DNA of 64,000 bases from Hormiphora californensis (lineage: Eukaryota; Animalia; Ctenophora): contig CM035362.1 in NCBI GenBank assembly GCA_020137815.1, forward strand, positions 6,014,001 through 6,078,000, in the 5' to 3' direction. Shown here piece by piece: positions 63,542 to 64,000 of the stretch; positions within the stretch are counted from its first letter, which is position 1; every line of letters begins with the position of its first letter. Under the pieces are notes generated by a model. The model was not told the DNA's origin, did not search any database, and worked only from the letters and a program-made list of their open reading frames with translations. The translations under genes and the position numbers were made by a program.

Positions 63542-64000
63542 GACTAAGAGGAAACTGAGAAGTGAGAGATATGAAAAACGATCAGTTTTAAGCCATCCGT
63601 AGGATGGACTGGGTCCACAAACACTGCTCCACAAGAGAGATGAGGTTAACTCACTATGATACTAAAGGTCTCTATTGTAGTTCCCCTCTAAACTCCCCGT
63701 TCTAATGTACTGGCGGTTCGGGTGATCGCGAGCAGCAATGGGAGCATTGACCGGCGCCTTACATAAAGTGTCTCTTACTTACATCCCCAGTCTTACTCTC
63801 CGTAAAGAAGCCGGACTCTATGCAACAAGGGGAGGTGTGAAACTGATAACAATAAATACATGTAAATACATAATGGGGCATTCAAGAGAGGATCGGTTGG
63901 TTTCTCTCTCTAGTCAATGTAATTCGGCCTTCGGCCGAAAAGGGCCGGGCCCGTCGCTCATTCTCTCTGTGTGTCTCTCTCTCTCTCTCTCTCTCTCTCT

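Overview
Eukaryotic (animal) DNA rich in introns and repeats, most likely from a cydippid ctenophore of the Pleurobrachia/Hormiphora type. That call rests on a 42-nt match to the ctenophore spliced leader (recalled from memory) and on a characteristic MITE. A co-oriented minus-strand gene train runs right to left: hydroxypyruvate isomerase (HYI), MIOS, MED10, six tandem C2H2 zinc-finger genes, and two FtsH/YME1L-like AAA+ paralogs. One paralog has a dead protease motif (HQAGL). Two genes are nested in introns: an intronless homeobox gene and a secreted sushi-domain gene. Mobile DNA includes two L2/CR1-group LINEs, an RTE-type LINE, a 2.8-kb foldback element and many MITEs. Main unusual signals: (1) many splice junctions are locally or tandemly duplicated into the intron, and these intronic copies of exon ends differ almost only at synonymous codon positions; (2) a full-length LINE begins exactly with the spliced leader, so it appears to have retrotransposed from a trans-spliced RNA; (3) the adjacent FtsH paralogs share few intron positions. 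54.2-58.5 kb looks like unpolished, low-quality assembly. Exon structures were read by eye and are predictions.
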